DNA of 64,000 nt. Origin: Podarcis gaigeae (lineage: Eukaryota). Position 1 is the first letter of the stretch, and each line of letters opens with the position of its first letter. Position numbers and translations under genes: made by a program. Shown here piece by piece: positions 13,010 through 23,850 of the stretch. The notes under the pieces were generated by a model, which saw nothing but the letters and a program-made list of their open reading frames with translations, did not search any database and had not been told where the DNA came from. The stretch is taken from assembly GCA_964106915.2 (NCBI GenBank), contig OZ066914.1; one strand, 5' to 3'.

Positions 13010-13650
13010 GTATGTAATTAAACGCAGTGCAACCCGCTGAATTTCCAGCTTGGTGCAAAGTTGCAGTGGAATCCAGTAATTGCACTGATTTTGTTAGCTG
13101 CGGTATGCAGATTTGAACATCAGTGAATGCAAAAGGGCATCCCTCACCCATGAATTGCAAAATGTCTTTCTTTGCTGGGTTTTTGTGGTTGCATAAACCA
13201 GGTGCTGCATGGCGACGTACAGTATTTAATGTGATTCAAGGCTGCCACCTGCTGTTCTCCTAGCATAACTACGTGAAAAGAATCTGATGGAAATCAAGGT
13301 GTTGCAGAAAGTGATTGTATGAGCATGCATGGTTGAACGTAAAAAGAAAACAGCCTTAGATTGTGTGTTTGGAAATCGGAGTGTTACAGGATTGTGAATG
13401 AACTATGGTTCTGAGTATTACTTAGTACTCATTTTATCTCTTAAGTACTGGAGCTCTGTGCTTATAAACGTGCTGCAGTCCCTGCAGTTTAGTTTTTCTT
13501 ATCAATTTGGTTTTTTGCTCTATAATAAAGATGCTGGGTTGTATTCAGTGACGTCACTGCACGATTGGAACAACTACCGCTCACACAACAGAACTTCTCT
13601 TTCCTCCCCATTTGCCCCTCACCGTAATAATAATGTAATTGGATACAACA

Positions 13651-13787
13651 GGTCTTTTTCAGGGGGTAATCAGAGGTATGCAGTACTGGCACCCCCCCTT
13701 GGTAAAAAGTGTGGCACTTATTGTAACAGCTTCGTGGTGAGTACCAGCACCTATTTTTCCACGGGGGGAAAAGCACTGGCTACAACT
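13651..13787. mobile_element. Short non-autonomous DNA transposon (CAGTGCTTTT-type ends); related pieces at 27892-28025 and ~18930-18960
   Basis: ...GAGTACCAGCACCT...AAAAGCACTG end resembles, in reverse complement, CAGTGATTTTTTT...AGGTGCCAGAACTC at 27892. Confidence 0.55.
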
Positions 13788-14389
13788 CCATTTGAGGGTG
13801 GCTTACATATAAAAACAAAAAGCAGTTGGCTAGGTGCCTCTATTCCTTTCCTATCTTCTTCCTCCACTCCCTGGGATTCTGTTATTTGCCCTGCACAGTC
13901 GTTTTGCTGCTCCTGCTCCCATGGAGTTATGCCAGGCTAGCAAAGAAACACAGTGGTGCATATCACTTCTGGCAGGGATGGCACAGCTGGGATAGCAGAG
14001 GAATGGACAGTTGTACTGGGTGCCTCCTTGGGTGTGGTTGCTGTTCACCTTAAGCAGTTGCATCTATGCAGCTCTTGGAAAATGATGTGTGTGTGTGGAG
14101 GGGGGGGGGGAATAGTCAACCTCTGTTGTGCCAGAGTACTGATCCAGATTCCACCTCTCCCGCCAGCTGCAGTGTATAAATACAAAACAAGTTCAGGAAC
14201 AACTGTATTATAATTATTACAATATGTTTATTTATTGATACTCTGCCTTTTTCCCTGACACAGATTTGTGCATACATGTCCTTAAATATGTTTACACTTA
14301 GAAGTGGTTGGAATTTTTCTTGTTGTTGGAAGACTAATGCCAAAACTGACACTTTTCCAGCGCTGAGAACTGCATTTGTCTTTTTGCAG

Positions 14390-14550
14390 GGTAAACCTAA
14401 CGATAACTTGCGACATTTACATAGAATCAAATTATGGAGGTGCATTCATTGCGGGAAGAGTGAACAAAGGTGGGATATACACCAAAGCCGCTAAAGGCAT
14501 TTTCTTCTGGGTATTTCCTGACGGTACATACCGAGTTACAGGTGATCTCG
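14390..14550 (+). CDS. GALC: GALC coding exon (exon 15 equivalent)
   Basis: tgcag|G GTA...CTC G|gtgagt; 161 nt; [53 protein letters not shown]. Confidence 0.97.
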
Positions 14551-16131
14551 GTGAGTATCCTTTAAAATGGATTTTGCATGCTTAATTAAATAGTTGCAGC
14601 TTATCCTGCAGTAGGTTATGCAGAATGGCATTTCTAAGGGTTTGAGGCTTGCACGGCAAATCCATTATGCAATAGTTCCCTTACTTGTAATTGCTGTTTT
14701 CTGTTGGGTGTCTTCCTCCACCCCTCATTTGATTTTGATTTCAAACCAAGGTGCCTTGCTAGCTTATCAGATAATAATGATAACTGGCACAGAGCAATCA
14801 AAGAGAAACTTTTTCAACCAAAAACTGTTCTGAATGGTTCTTATTTGCAGCGTTAAATGCTCAAATGTAGAAGGAGGGCCAGCTGCTTTAGAATATTGAA
14901 AGTGTTTCTAAGTCGTTTAATATTTTTTGAAAAAATCCCTAAGTAGCATACAAAACAGACAAAAATAATAATAACACACTATCAAAAAAAACCCAGGAAC
15001 TTGGTAAGAACAGGGTCCAATCTGGTCAGGAAGGCATCTGCCTCCCAGTTTTTTCTTAAGAACTCAGGTGTGAAATTGCTGATCTTTGAACAAATATTAT
15101 TATTATTATTATTGCATTAAAACATTTATAAACCTGCTTAATCTCTCAAACAGTATACAAAAATACCAACCTTCAAACAGTAAAAACACATGCAAAAATA
15201 AAAAGCAGTAGAATAGTATTATAAAAGTGGATAAAAAACAGAAATTCGGTAATAAATAAGGTGTAGCCTTAGGGGTCAGGGAGCACCTGGGCAAAAATAT
15301 GTCCTTAGGAGATACCTGAAGCAACTGATGGCTGATGCTTCATGCATGGCAGAGGAAAGGGCACAGTGTAGGCGCAAATTTCAGGCCACCACGCTGTGAT
15401 AGTCTGTTGGGTGCGCTGCTGTGAGTAAAATATCCAGGCACCTTTTGCTTGATCAAATGGATGACTTTAGAGTCCATGGCCTACAAGGCCTTTGTACAAA
15501 GGTGTTGTTTTTTTAAAAACAAACAAGCAAACACCACAATCTTAGATCTAGGCTCTAGAGGTTTGAAAGCTTGAAGGCATGTGCATAGGCTCTCAAATAG
15601 TGTGCATGTTCGGAATGGCAAATAATGTAGCTGCTCTAAAGAAGATCCATTTTTGTGTAATGGCCAGGAGTTCTTGTGATTGTAAACGCTGTGGCAATAT
15701 GCTAAAAACAATGAATTCTGTTTTCCCACTGCTTACTAAATTAGTCATGGAATCTTAAGAGTTTTAGAGCTGGAAGGGATCCCAACCTCCTGCAATGCAG
15801 GAATCTCAGCTAAAGCATCCATGACAGAACCATCTAACTTCCGATTGGAAACCTCCAAGGAAGGGGAGTCCACAACCTCCCGAAGGTGACAATTCATCAG
15901 TTTGTCCCATGTAGTCGATAGCCATTCACTGATGGAAGAAGGAAAATTAATCTCGCCTCTTTTCCATTTAACAGCAATCCAAATGAGCTACTGTTTCGAG
16001 TAATGAACAATAATTACTTAATCTTCAGGTAGACTATTATATCTAACATAACAGGACAGAATAAGCACTGGGCCTAAAGGAAAATCATTTGCTGTCATGC
16101 TTCCAATTTTATTTGCAACAGAGTTCCAATG

Positions 16132-16373
16132 CAGTGGTACTTTGAGTTACAAATGCCTCAGGTTACAAACATTTCAGGTTACAAACTCCGCTAACCTGGA
16201 AGAGTTACCTCGTGTTGAGAACTTTGCCCCGGGATGAGAACGAAAATCGTGTGCCGGTGGCACAGCGGCAGCAAGAGGCCCCATTAGCGAAAGTGGTGCT
16301 TCAGATTAAGAACAGTTTCAGGTTAAGAACGGACCTCTGGAACGAATTAAGTTCGTAACTAGAGGTACCACTG
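16132..16373. mobile_element. Tc1/mariner-type MITE (CAGTGGTACC family)
   Basis: CAGTGGTAC...GAGGTACCACTG|TA; body shared with copies at 32945, 41151, 58875 and 61709. Confidence 0.88.
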
Positions 16374-16424
16374 TAATGTATAATTTTAGGGCATGTCCCA
16401 AATAAAGAAAATGTTCTGAAGCAG

Positions 16425-16444
16425 CTTCTTCTTCTTCTTCTTCT

Positions 16445-16479
<35 letters not shown>

Positions 16480-16485
16480 TTCTTC
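16425..16485 (+). repeat. (CTT)~20 microsatellite forming the polypyrimidine tract of exon 16
   Basis: Visible directly; one CTC interruption; followed by ATGCAG|exon. Confidence 0.95.
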
Positions 16486-16491
16486 ATGCAG

Positions 16492-16568
16492 GTGGGGAAG
16501 AGGTCTTGATGAAAGGACTGTCTGGTGTGCGAGCCAAGGCATGGCATACCCTCACTCTGATTCTTACG
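16492..16568 (+). CDS. GALC: GALC coding exon (exon 16 equivalent)
   Basis: tgcag|GT GGG...CTT ACG|gtaagc; 77 nt; GEEVLMKGLSGVRAKAWHTLTLILT (human AKKWYTLTL); phases match both neighbouring exons. Confidence 0.93.
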
Positions 16569-17145
16569 GTAAGCACCAAACCTGGAGCATAAAATAAGAT
16601 TCATTTTGACTGATAGCAAGGGGTGGCATTTAAACTGTTTAGAGTTCTAAAATAGCTATAAGCCTAAAATAGCTGTAATTTAATTTGCTATGAGAAGTAT
16701 TAACCCTGATAAATATTGATGACCTGCTAATACCACTTGTCCGTCATAAACAATGAAAATGCTGCAGTGCGGAGTGTTTTAGTTCAGGGTTTCAGCCAGC
16801 CAAACCTCTTTTCAGGGTATTCCATTCCATAGCCACTAAGCAGGCTTTGTCCTCCCTGGACTGTTTTGCTCCACCCCTACTCCCTCTGCAGAAACCTTAG
16901 TGTACCCTGAAGCATCTCTCATCTTGTATGTAGATGATGGTGTTTTGGGTATATAAGGATCCACACTTGGAAAACCTGCTTTGCTATCAGTATATAGGAT
17001 TTTCCTATATATACACTAGTCTCTTGCAGCAAAAACAATGAAAGGCAGAACATATCCACCATGGGTAGTAGCCATTGATAGCCATATCCTCCATGAATTT
17101 GTCTGGTCCTCTTTCTCAAGCCATCCAAGTTGGTGACCATCACTA

Positions 17146-17395
17146 GAAGAAGAAGAAGAGTTTGGGTTTGATACCCCGCCTTTCACTCCCTTTAAGTAGT
17201 CTCAAAGCGGCTAACATTCTCCTTTCCCTTCCTCCCCCACAACAAACACTCTGTGAGGTGAGTGGGGCTGAGAGACTTCAGAGAAGTGTGACTAGCCCAA
17301 GGTCACCCAGCAGCTGCATGTGGAGGAGCAGAGATGCGAACCCGGTTCCCCAGATTAGGAGACTACCGCTCTGAACCACTACACCACACTGGCTC
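17146..17395 (-). mobile_element. Squam3-type tRNA/CORE SINE
   Basis: Reverse complement starts GAGCCAGTGTGGTGTAGTGGTT, has core CTGGGTGACCTTGGGC and a (CTT)n tail; short CACTA TSD. Confidence 0.85.
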
Positions 17396-17589
17396 ACTAC
17401 TGATTGTGGGAGCAAATTCCTTAGCTTAACTAAAACTGAATGGGCATTGGGAAACACACTTGGATGTCTTTCACTTCAACTCACCTTGCAAAGCAGTTTC
17501 CAGATAGCTTTGCAGCCCTCGTTCTTGACCAGTTTACCGAAATCCACATCAGACCCTGTACATTAATGTTCTCCCCTTACTTTTGACAG

Positions 17590-17733
17590 GGCACCAATGC
17601 GTCTGGCATGTTAAATGGCAATCCTCTCTGGGCAAACGTCACCATAACGGATCCTGGAAATGGATGGGCAGCTATTGGGACTCACACTTATGAATTTACA
17701 CAATTCGACAACTTTCGTGTTCAGGCCAACTGA
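17590..17733 (+). CDS. GALC: GALC terminal coding exon (exon 17 equivalent) to stop codon
   Basis: gacag|GGC...AAC TGA; [47 protein letters not shown]. Confidence 0.97.
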   Translation, partial: GTNASGMLNGNPLWANVTITDPGNGWAAIGTHTYEFTQFDNFRVQAN

Positions 17734-19600
17734 GACGCCCATCATACTTCAGCAAGCCAATTCTTGACTCCTTTTAACTTGAGCCAGTTTCAACCCCTTT
17801 GCTGTTGTCATTTTGTAATTGACATTGGTACGAATTTTTTGTTTCGTTTCCCCTGCAGCTTTGGGGAACGAATTCAGCTTTCTTCCAAAGTTGAAATGCG
17901 TTTGTGTCATCCTAATTAGGGTTTTCTCAGAATTCAGTTTTCTCTCTTGGCAGAAAGAATTAGTTTCAGAAAGTCTCCCTCTGTCCCCTCGCCCCCTTTT
18001 CTTTTACAAAGTATAAATGGAACTGGAGCAGAGTCCTTGTTGTTTCATTGGTGGGAATTGTGACTGTTTAGCCTCATTTTAAGAAATGTGCAACAGAGAC
18101 CTCAGAAAACTGCTGTTTTCAACTGTTTCAAAAGCTATGAAGTCCATTTCTTTTCAGAAGTGCCTGGTGTATGTGGCTGTTATGAAGTGCTGTGAACTGA
18201 AAGATCCTTTTGCCTCTTTCGTACTTTATCAGAGGTGATGGAATAAGGGACTCAATGGATTTAAATCCCTCTTTCCAGGAAATGAAAGGTTTCACTTCTC
18301 CTCTTCTAAAGTCTTAATTCATATATCTGTTTTTAATGAAAAGCCAGCTGCTAGCTGGCTACCTTATGAAGTGCCTTATTTTAAACTACCTCTGCTAATG
18401 GCAGTGTAGCAAATATGTCGATGGTGCCTGTCACTGTTCAAAGGTTTGATAACCCCACAACTTGCCTCGCCTCTTTGAGCTTCTCTTCTAAGCTTGTCTG
18501 CCTCTTTTGGTAAATGGAAGGGGGAAAGAATCTGCAAAAGTAATATGGATGAAAAAATCAAGGGAGAATGTTTATTCCCAACCTCACGATCCTAAGAGCC
18601 AATTTGCACAAGTCAGTTTGAGAGCACTTGAAGTTGCCAAGCTTTCAGCCATGCACCATTTGTGGGAATCGCAACCTCCATATGGGTCAAGTTAAATATG
18701 TGTCCTGCAAGGAGAAAATAGCTCGTCCAAACAATACCTTTGCATGAGTCCAGTTGCAACTTCACTAGTGACCAGAGAAATCACTGTGAACTGTCCTTGA
18801 GACATGTAATGCTTGTACTGACTGCTAATCTATGGTAGCAAATTTCAGGCTTGCAGGATATAGTAGAGCTATGAGGTTCACCAGCTAGACATGGGTGCAA
18901 AGTAAGGAAGGTGATTGTGGAGACAGAGACAGGGTTTTTTGTCAGCCGGAACTCAATTCAGACCAAATTCAAAAGTGCAGATAAAGATGTTCATTATAGC
19001 ATTTCCTTCTTGATGGACTTTGACCATAAGCAATGAAGATATAAGGTCATGACTGACTGACTGCATTTATTCCAAAGATTTCTCCCCCTTTTTGTGCTAG
19101 GGCAGATAATTTCTATTTTTGCATTGTGTACTAAATGTAGCATAATCACAATATTTGTTTCTTGTTAATTTATTAGACTTTAAAGTTGCTGGGTTGTGAA
19201 TGTTCTCAACAGGTTAATGTTTGCTGAATGTTTGGACTTCTCGTGATTCTTAACAAGAATTGCCTTGATGTTACAGCGAAAAGCTGGCATATGGTGGCTG
19301 ACTACCACAAAGCCTAATGTTTCAAACTGGAAAAATAAATGCTGCTTTAAAACCTTTATATGTCTACGGTACTGCTTTAAAAATTGTCGCTTTTTCTAAA
19401 GGTTCAGAGGTAAGCTTTCCTCTTTTGTAGAGTCTGATCTCTAACCCAAAGAGTTGTATTTTCACAGCCTCCTTCACTAAATAGGAATATACGCTGAAGG
19501 GTTTCACCACATGTGTGGTCTGCATTTTACAATGACTGAGCAATAAATCATATATTGGCAACACAATTAAAATAAAAACAAAATCAGTTGGAAATATAGG
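17734..19600 (+). other. GALC: Probable GALC 3' UTR
   Basis: Repeat-poor, U-rich stretch after the stop, ending in a cluster of AATAAA signals; the 3' end is inferred. Confidence 0.6.
19334..19339 (+). terminator. Candidate polyadenylation signal (others at 19542-19547 and 19571-19576)
   Basis: AATAAA followed by T/GT-rich sequence. Confidence 0.55.
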
Positions 19601-19640
19601 AACACTTTGAAGAATATCCAGATTCTTGTCCACAAGAGGG

Positions 19641-20004
19641 TAAGGTAAAGGTAAAGGTACCCCTGCCCGTACGGGCCAGTCTTGACAGACTCTGGGGTTG
19701 TGCGCCCATCTCACTCAAGAGGCCAGGGGCCAGCGCTGTCCGAAGACACTTCCGGGTCACGTGGCCAGTGTGACATCGCTGCTCTGGCGAGCCAGAGCTG
19801 CACACGGAAACGCCGTTTACCTTCCCGCCAGTAAGCGGTCCCTATTTATCTACTTGCACCCGGGGGTGCTTTCAAACTGCTAGGTTGGCAGGCGCTGGGA
19901 CTGAGCGACGGGAGCGCACCCCGCCGCAGGGATTCAAACCGCCGACCTTTCGATCGGCAAGCCCTAGGCGCTGAGGCTTTAACCCACAGCGCCACCCGCC
20001 TCCC
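19641..20004 (-). mobile_element. Sauria SINE, young subfamily
   Basis: TSD GTCCACAAGAGGG (19628-19640, 20007-20019); same subfamily as the copies at 39018 and 63205. Confidence 0.93.
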
Positions 20005-20344
20005 TAGTCCACAAGAGGGAGCCCCACCCAAATCTACTGGGTCTTCAGGTCTAGCCTTAGAAATTGCATTATTTGGATAAAGCATACACTGATTAACATT
20101 TTGGCAAAATCTCCTAAGCAGTTTACACACACACATACAAAAAAATGCAAACAAAAATCAAGATAACAACAAACATAGTAGGATGTTACAAACAGAAATC
20201 AAAATACAAGAGGTACATTAGAAAAATGTCTTAATTTAAAATAACATTCAGCAGCTGCACAGAATAAAAGTGGGAAGTCCGTATCACCTGTTTTTCATCT
20301 TGTATTTGTTCAGTGTAGGTGTAGGTAAATCTGTGTAGCAGATA

Positions 20345-21170
20345 GCATTTTTATGGAACAAAATTTATGTACCACTTGATTATAAGAGAAACTATGAGTG
20401 GTTTACAAAAATACAAAATGAAACATTACAATTACCTACAAACACTTAAATCGAGTACGTAGAAGCATTCAAAATATGATTGAAATAAAGAGGAGCTAAA
20501 AAGAGATAAAACACATGTAATTTCTCCAAGTCTAGGTAAGCTTGCCTAAACAAAAATGCTTTAAGTTGGTACCAAAAAAAGAGTACAGTGAAAGTGCTTG
20601 CCTGATATCAATACACAGAGAGTTGCAAACTGTAGGTGCTGCCACACTAAAAGATTGATTTATGAGGAACCTGTAGCACTGCCAGTTCTGGAGACTCAGG
20701 TGGTTGACAGGTTTAAGGCGATCCCGCATGTCAATGAGTCTTAGGCTGTTAAGGGCTTTATATGCTAATATAACCTTGAACTTGGCAAATGGACAACCAG
20801 TGGAAACTCTGAGCAAAGGTGTTACATGCTAACAAGGTCTCACTGCTGTCATCAACAGTGCAGCAGCACTCAGCACTAACCACATTTTCTAGATCCTGTG
20901 CAGGGAAAGCCCCACATACCATGTGTTGCAGTTATCTAGTCTTAAAGTCGCCAGTGCCTGAACTGCGGTCAGGCTCTCTTGGTCTCGGAATGGCTGTAGC
21001 CGTTGCACCATTTGCAGCAGGTAGAAGGTGCTACTGGTCATTGAGGCTTCCTGGGCTTCCAGCGACAGAGCTGGATCAAGAAACACACCCAAACTCTGCA
21101 CTTGCCTCTGTAGGGGGGATGCAGCCTTTTCCAGGGCACTGCTAGTCCAGTCTTCATAAGGTAATAATCC
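20345..21170 (-). mobile_element. L2-clade LINE 3' fragment
   Basis: Minus-strand QVQSLGVFLDPALSLEAQ...RLDNCNTWYVGL and FKVILAYKALN. Confidence 0.82.
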
Positions 21171-23177
21171 AACCATGGTAAGGAAGCGCCTTGCACCCCT
21201 ATCTTCCTTCCATCTTTCATATCACTTGCGGTAAATACAACATCAAGAGTGAGCCCTGATTGATTCGTTGGACCATTAGAGAATTATGGAATTGGTTTGG
21301 GTGGCCTCTGTTCAAATTAGAACTGGGCTAACAAATCCAGCCAGCTCTTTTTTGACCACTTGCAAGAGGAAAATAAACCCCCCTGATTTCTTTCTCTTTT
21401 TTATTTAAAGCTGTGTTCCACTCAGAACCATGTGGTTGGCAGGAAACAGAGCACCTTGCAATGCTTTCTGGTTGCCTCGGGGGCAATGGGACGTGGCACG
21501 CTTTTGATGGGGAGTACAAAACCCTCAGCCACCACAACACAAAAGTGAAGTATGAGATGTCTCCTTCCCTCAACAAACTGGGAACTTTTTATCTTCCCAC
21601 AACCCTCACAAGAAAGCAGCAGAAAATCTATTCCTGATTTCACAGGGAGTGGGAGAGCAGCCCAGCTTTAATTGAAATTCCTGTTTGCCCATGACGTTCA
21701 CTGGGTGACCTTGGGTCATTCAGTTAATCTAACCTACTTTACAGGGTTCTCAAGATAAACTGGACTTTATCCCTACGGATGGCACACCCTGAGTCTCTTG
21801 GAGGAAGGACGAGATGTGCAGATGTAGTCATTCTTAGAGCCTACAGCCTCACCTTTCATAAGTGCTCAGTCCAACATCGAGTGCCCTTGGGAAGGAAACA
21901 GACTGCCAAAATGTTAAATATCCCAAAGATTTGTAATTAGCCGTTGCAATCCCAACAGCCCAGATGGTTCTGCAATACTGGGAGCATATTTCAGTATTGC
22001 TTGGTGAAATATGGAGCAAGGTTGTATTACAATGTTTGGGTTTGCCGGAATGGAGGAAGGAAGTGAAAATGATAAATCCCAGGAAACCTTGCTTAACGTC
22101 TATTCGGAACAGATGTACACAGAGAACTGCAACGATGTAGCTACTCTGCATTATGCTGGTAGACAGCAATGCATTGTTCACTGTTAAGTATATCAGGAGA
22201 ATAGAAAAGGCAAGCTCAAGTTAAATTGTGAATGTGGAAAAACAACAACACCTTGATCGTGTGTTAAGTTTTCAGTAACTTGAAGCAATGGCTTTAAGGC
22301 AGCATGAGTGGGGATTAGTCCTCCCCCCTCCCTGCAACAATGGGTAGAAATAAATAATAATAAATGACTAAAGAAATGCAGAACACACCCAATAGTTCCA
22401 CAGCTGTATTATGCTTTTTGGGTCGGGAGAGAGAGTAAAATAAAGAAAATATTCAAATGCAAAATGGGAAGTTTCCTTAGTTCTGCTTTTGGAGCTGGCT
22501 AAATTCTGCTCTGTTATAAGACAGCTGCTACCTTGCTCTTTAACACACGCAAGCACATCACAGGAGGAGAGATGGAGAAGAGAGAGGGGGAGAGAACGAA
22601 AACCTTGAAGGGGTATATGAGCGGGGGTGGAGGGGTGGGCAGAGTGAGCAGAGGAAATCGCAGCACCTCAACGTTCGAAACAAGAAGACGAATTTGAGAT
22701 TTGTGCTCTCCAGCTGCTTCTACTAAGTCTCTCTGTGTTGCACAGTCTGCCACACGTTCTTCCAACAAGAGAAGCTCTCGTTGGCAGTCCCAGCTGCAGG
22801 CTCCTCTCAAGTTAAATCCCTCCCAGACTCGCAATTTCAACCACATGAGGCATGCCCTAAGAAACGGGAGAAGGAAGAGGAGGAGGAGGGTAGGGGAGAG
22901 GGACATTGTCCAGAGCTTCACCATTTTCTTTCAATTTTCATTTCTTTCCCTTCTTCCTTCCTGCCCCAACCTCTCTCCCATATCACTGTCCTTGTCTGGC
23001 CACCCCCTTTATTTTCATCAAATTGGCACCCCTGCTGGTTTCCACAAGTGGGGAGAGTGATGTTGTGCTCAGGTTCTGCTTCTGGGTTTCCTGTGGGTAT
23101 CTGGCTGGCTGCTGTGAAAACAGAGTGGTGGTTGGGATGAGTCCTTGGCCTGATCCAGCAGGGCTCTGCTTACATAC

Positions 23178-23850
23178 TTAGGAGTTGGAATCTAACAGTA
23201 CCTGGAGCCTCCCCATGTGCTGGCTCCAGGGGTAACCCGTGAAATGCGGTCCAAGATCGGTCCAGGATCTGAAGGTTCTGCTTGGAGTCAGTCCGACAGG
23301 GCCAAGGCAGGACATGAGGCAGGAAACCAGGCAAGGACAGGTGCAGGATCTCAGGCAGTATCTAACGTACAGCAATGTTGCTCCTGCAACCTGGGGCGGG
23401 GTCCGACAGCCTATTATTTTTGTCGGGGTAGTGGCTGATCCTGATCCCCCAGCGACTCGCCTCCCTGTTTTGCCCAAAGGCGAGCACTCCTCCTGCGAGT
23501 CCTCAGGTCTCTCCTTCTCTCAGACCTTAGTCTCTGCAACTCGGGAGGTGTCGGTGGATTACTAGATCCAGGGGCCACCTCAGCCTCCCCTGACCAAACT
23601 GGTAGTGGAGCAGCTGTAAGTGATGGCCCACTGAAGGCAACAAGGTAATCCCTGCATCTGGAGCCAGGGCAGGCTCAGGCCCCTGACTCGGCCCAGCTGG
23701 TGTTTGTTGCAGGGGAACCTGTGCAGACTGGGACTCTTCAGGATCAGGCCCCAGACTTGGTTCAGATGATGCCTGAGGCAAAGGATCCGGTGCAGACTGA
23801 GTCTCCGCTGGTTCCAAGCCCGAGTCCCAGGCCATCAAACCCCAGCCCTA
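23178..23850 (-). mobile_element. LTR-like element (probable old Gypsy solo LTR) with a frameshifted Pro/Ser/Glu-rich to Arg-rich ORF
   Basis: GC-rich block interrupting a CR1-type tail repeat; eroded TAGG...CCTA ends; minus-strand ORF 23838 to 23414 with one frameshift near 23627. Confidence 0.55.

Noticed and set aside
13398-13940. 180-aa + strand ORF in GALC intron 14
   Set aside because: It crosses two small transposon remnants and has no recognisable domain; likely a chance ORF.
16318-16619. Poly-Glu and poly-Lys ORFs on the minus strand
   Set aside because: These are translations of the (CTT)n microsatellite.
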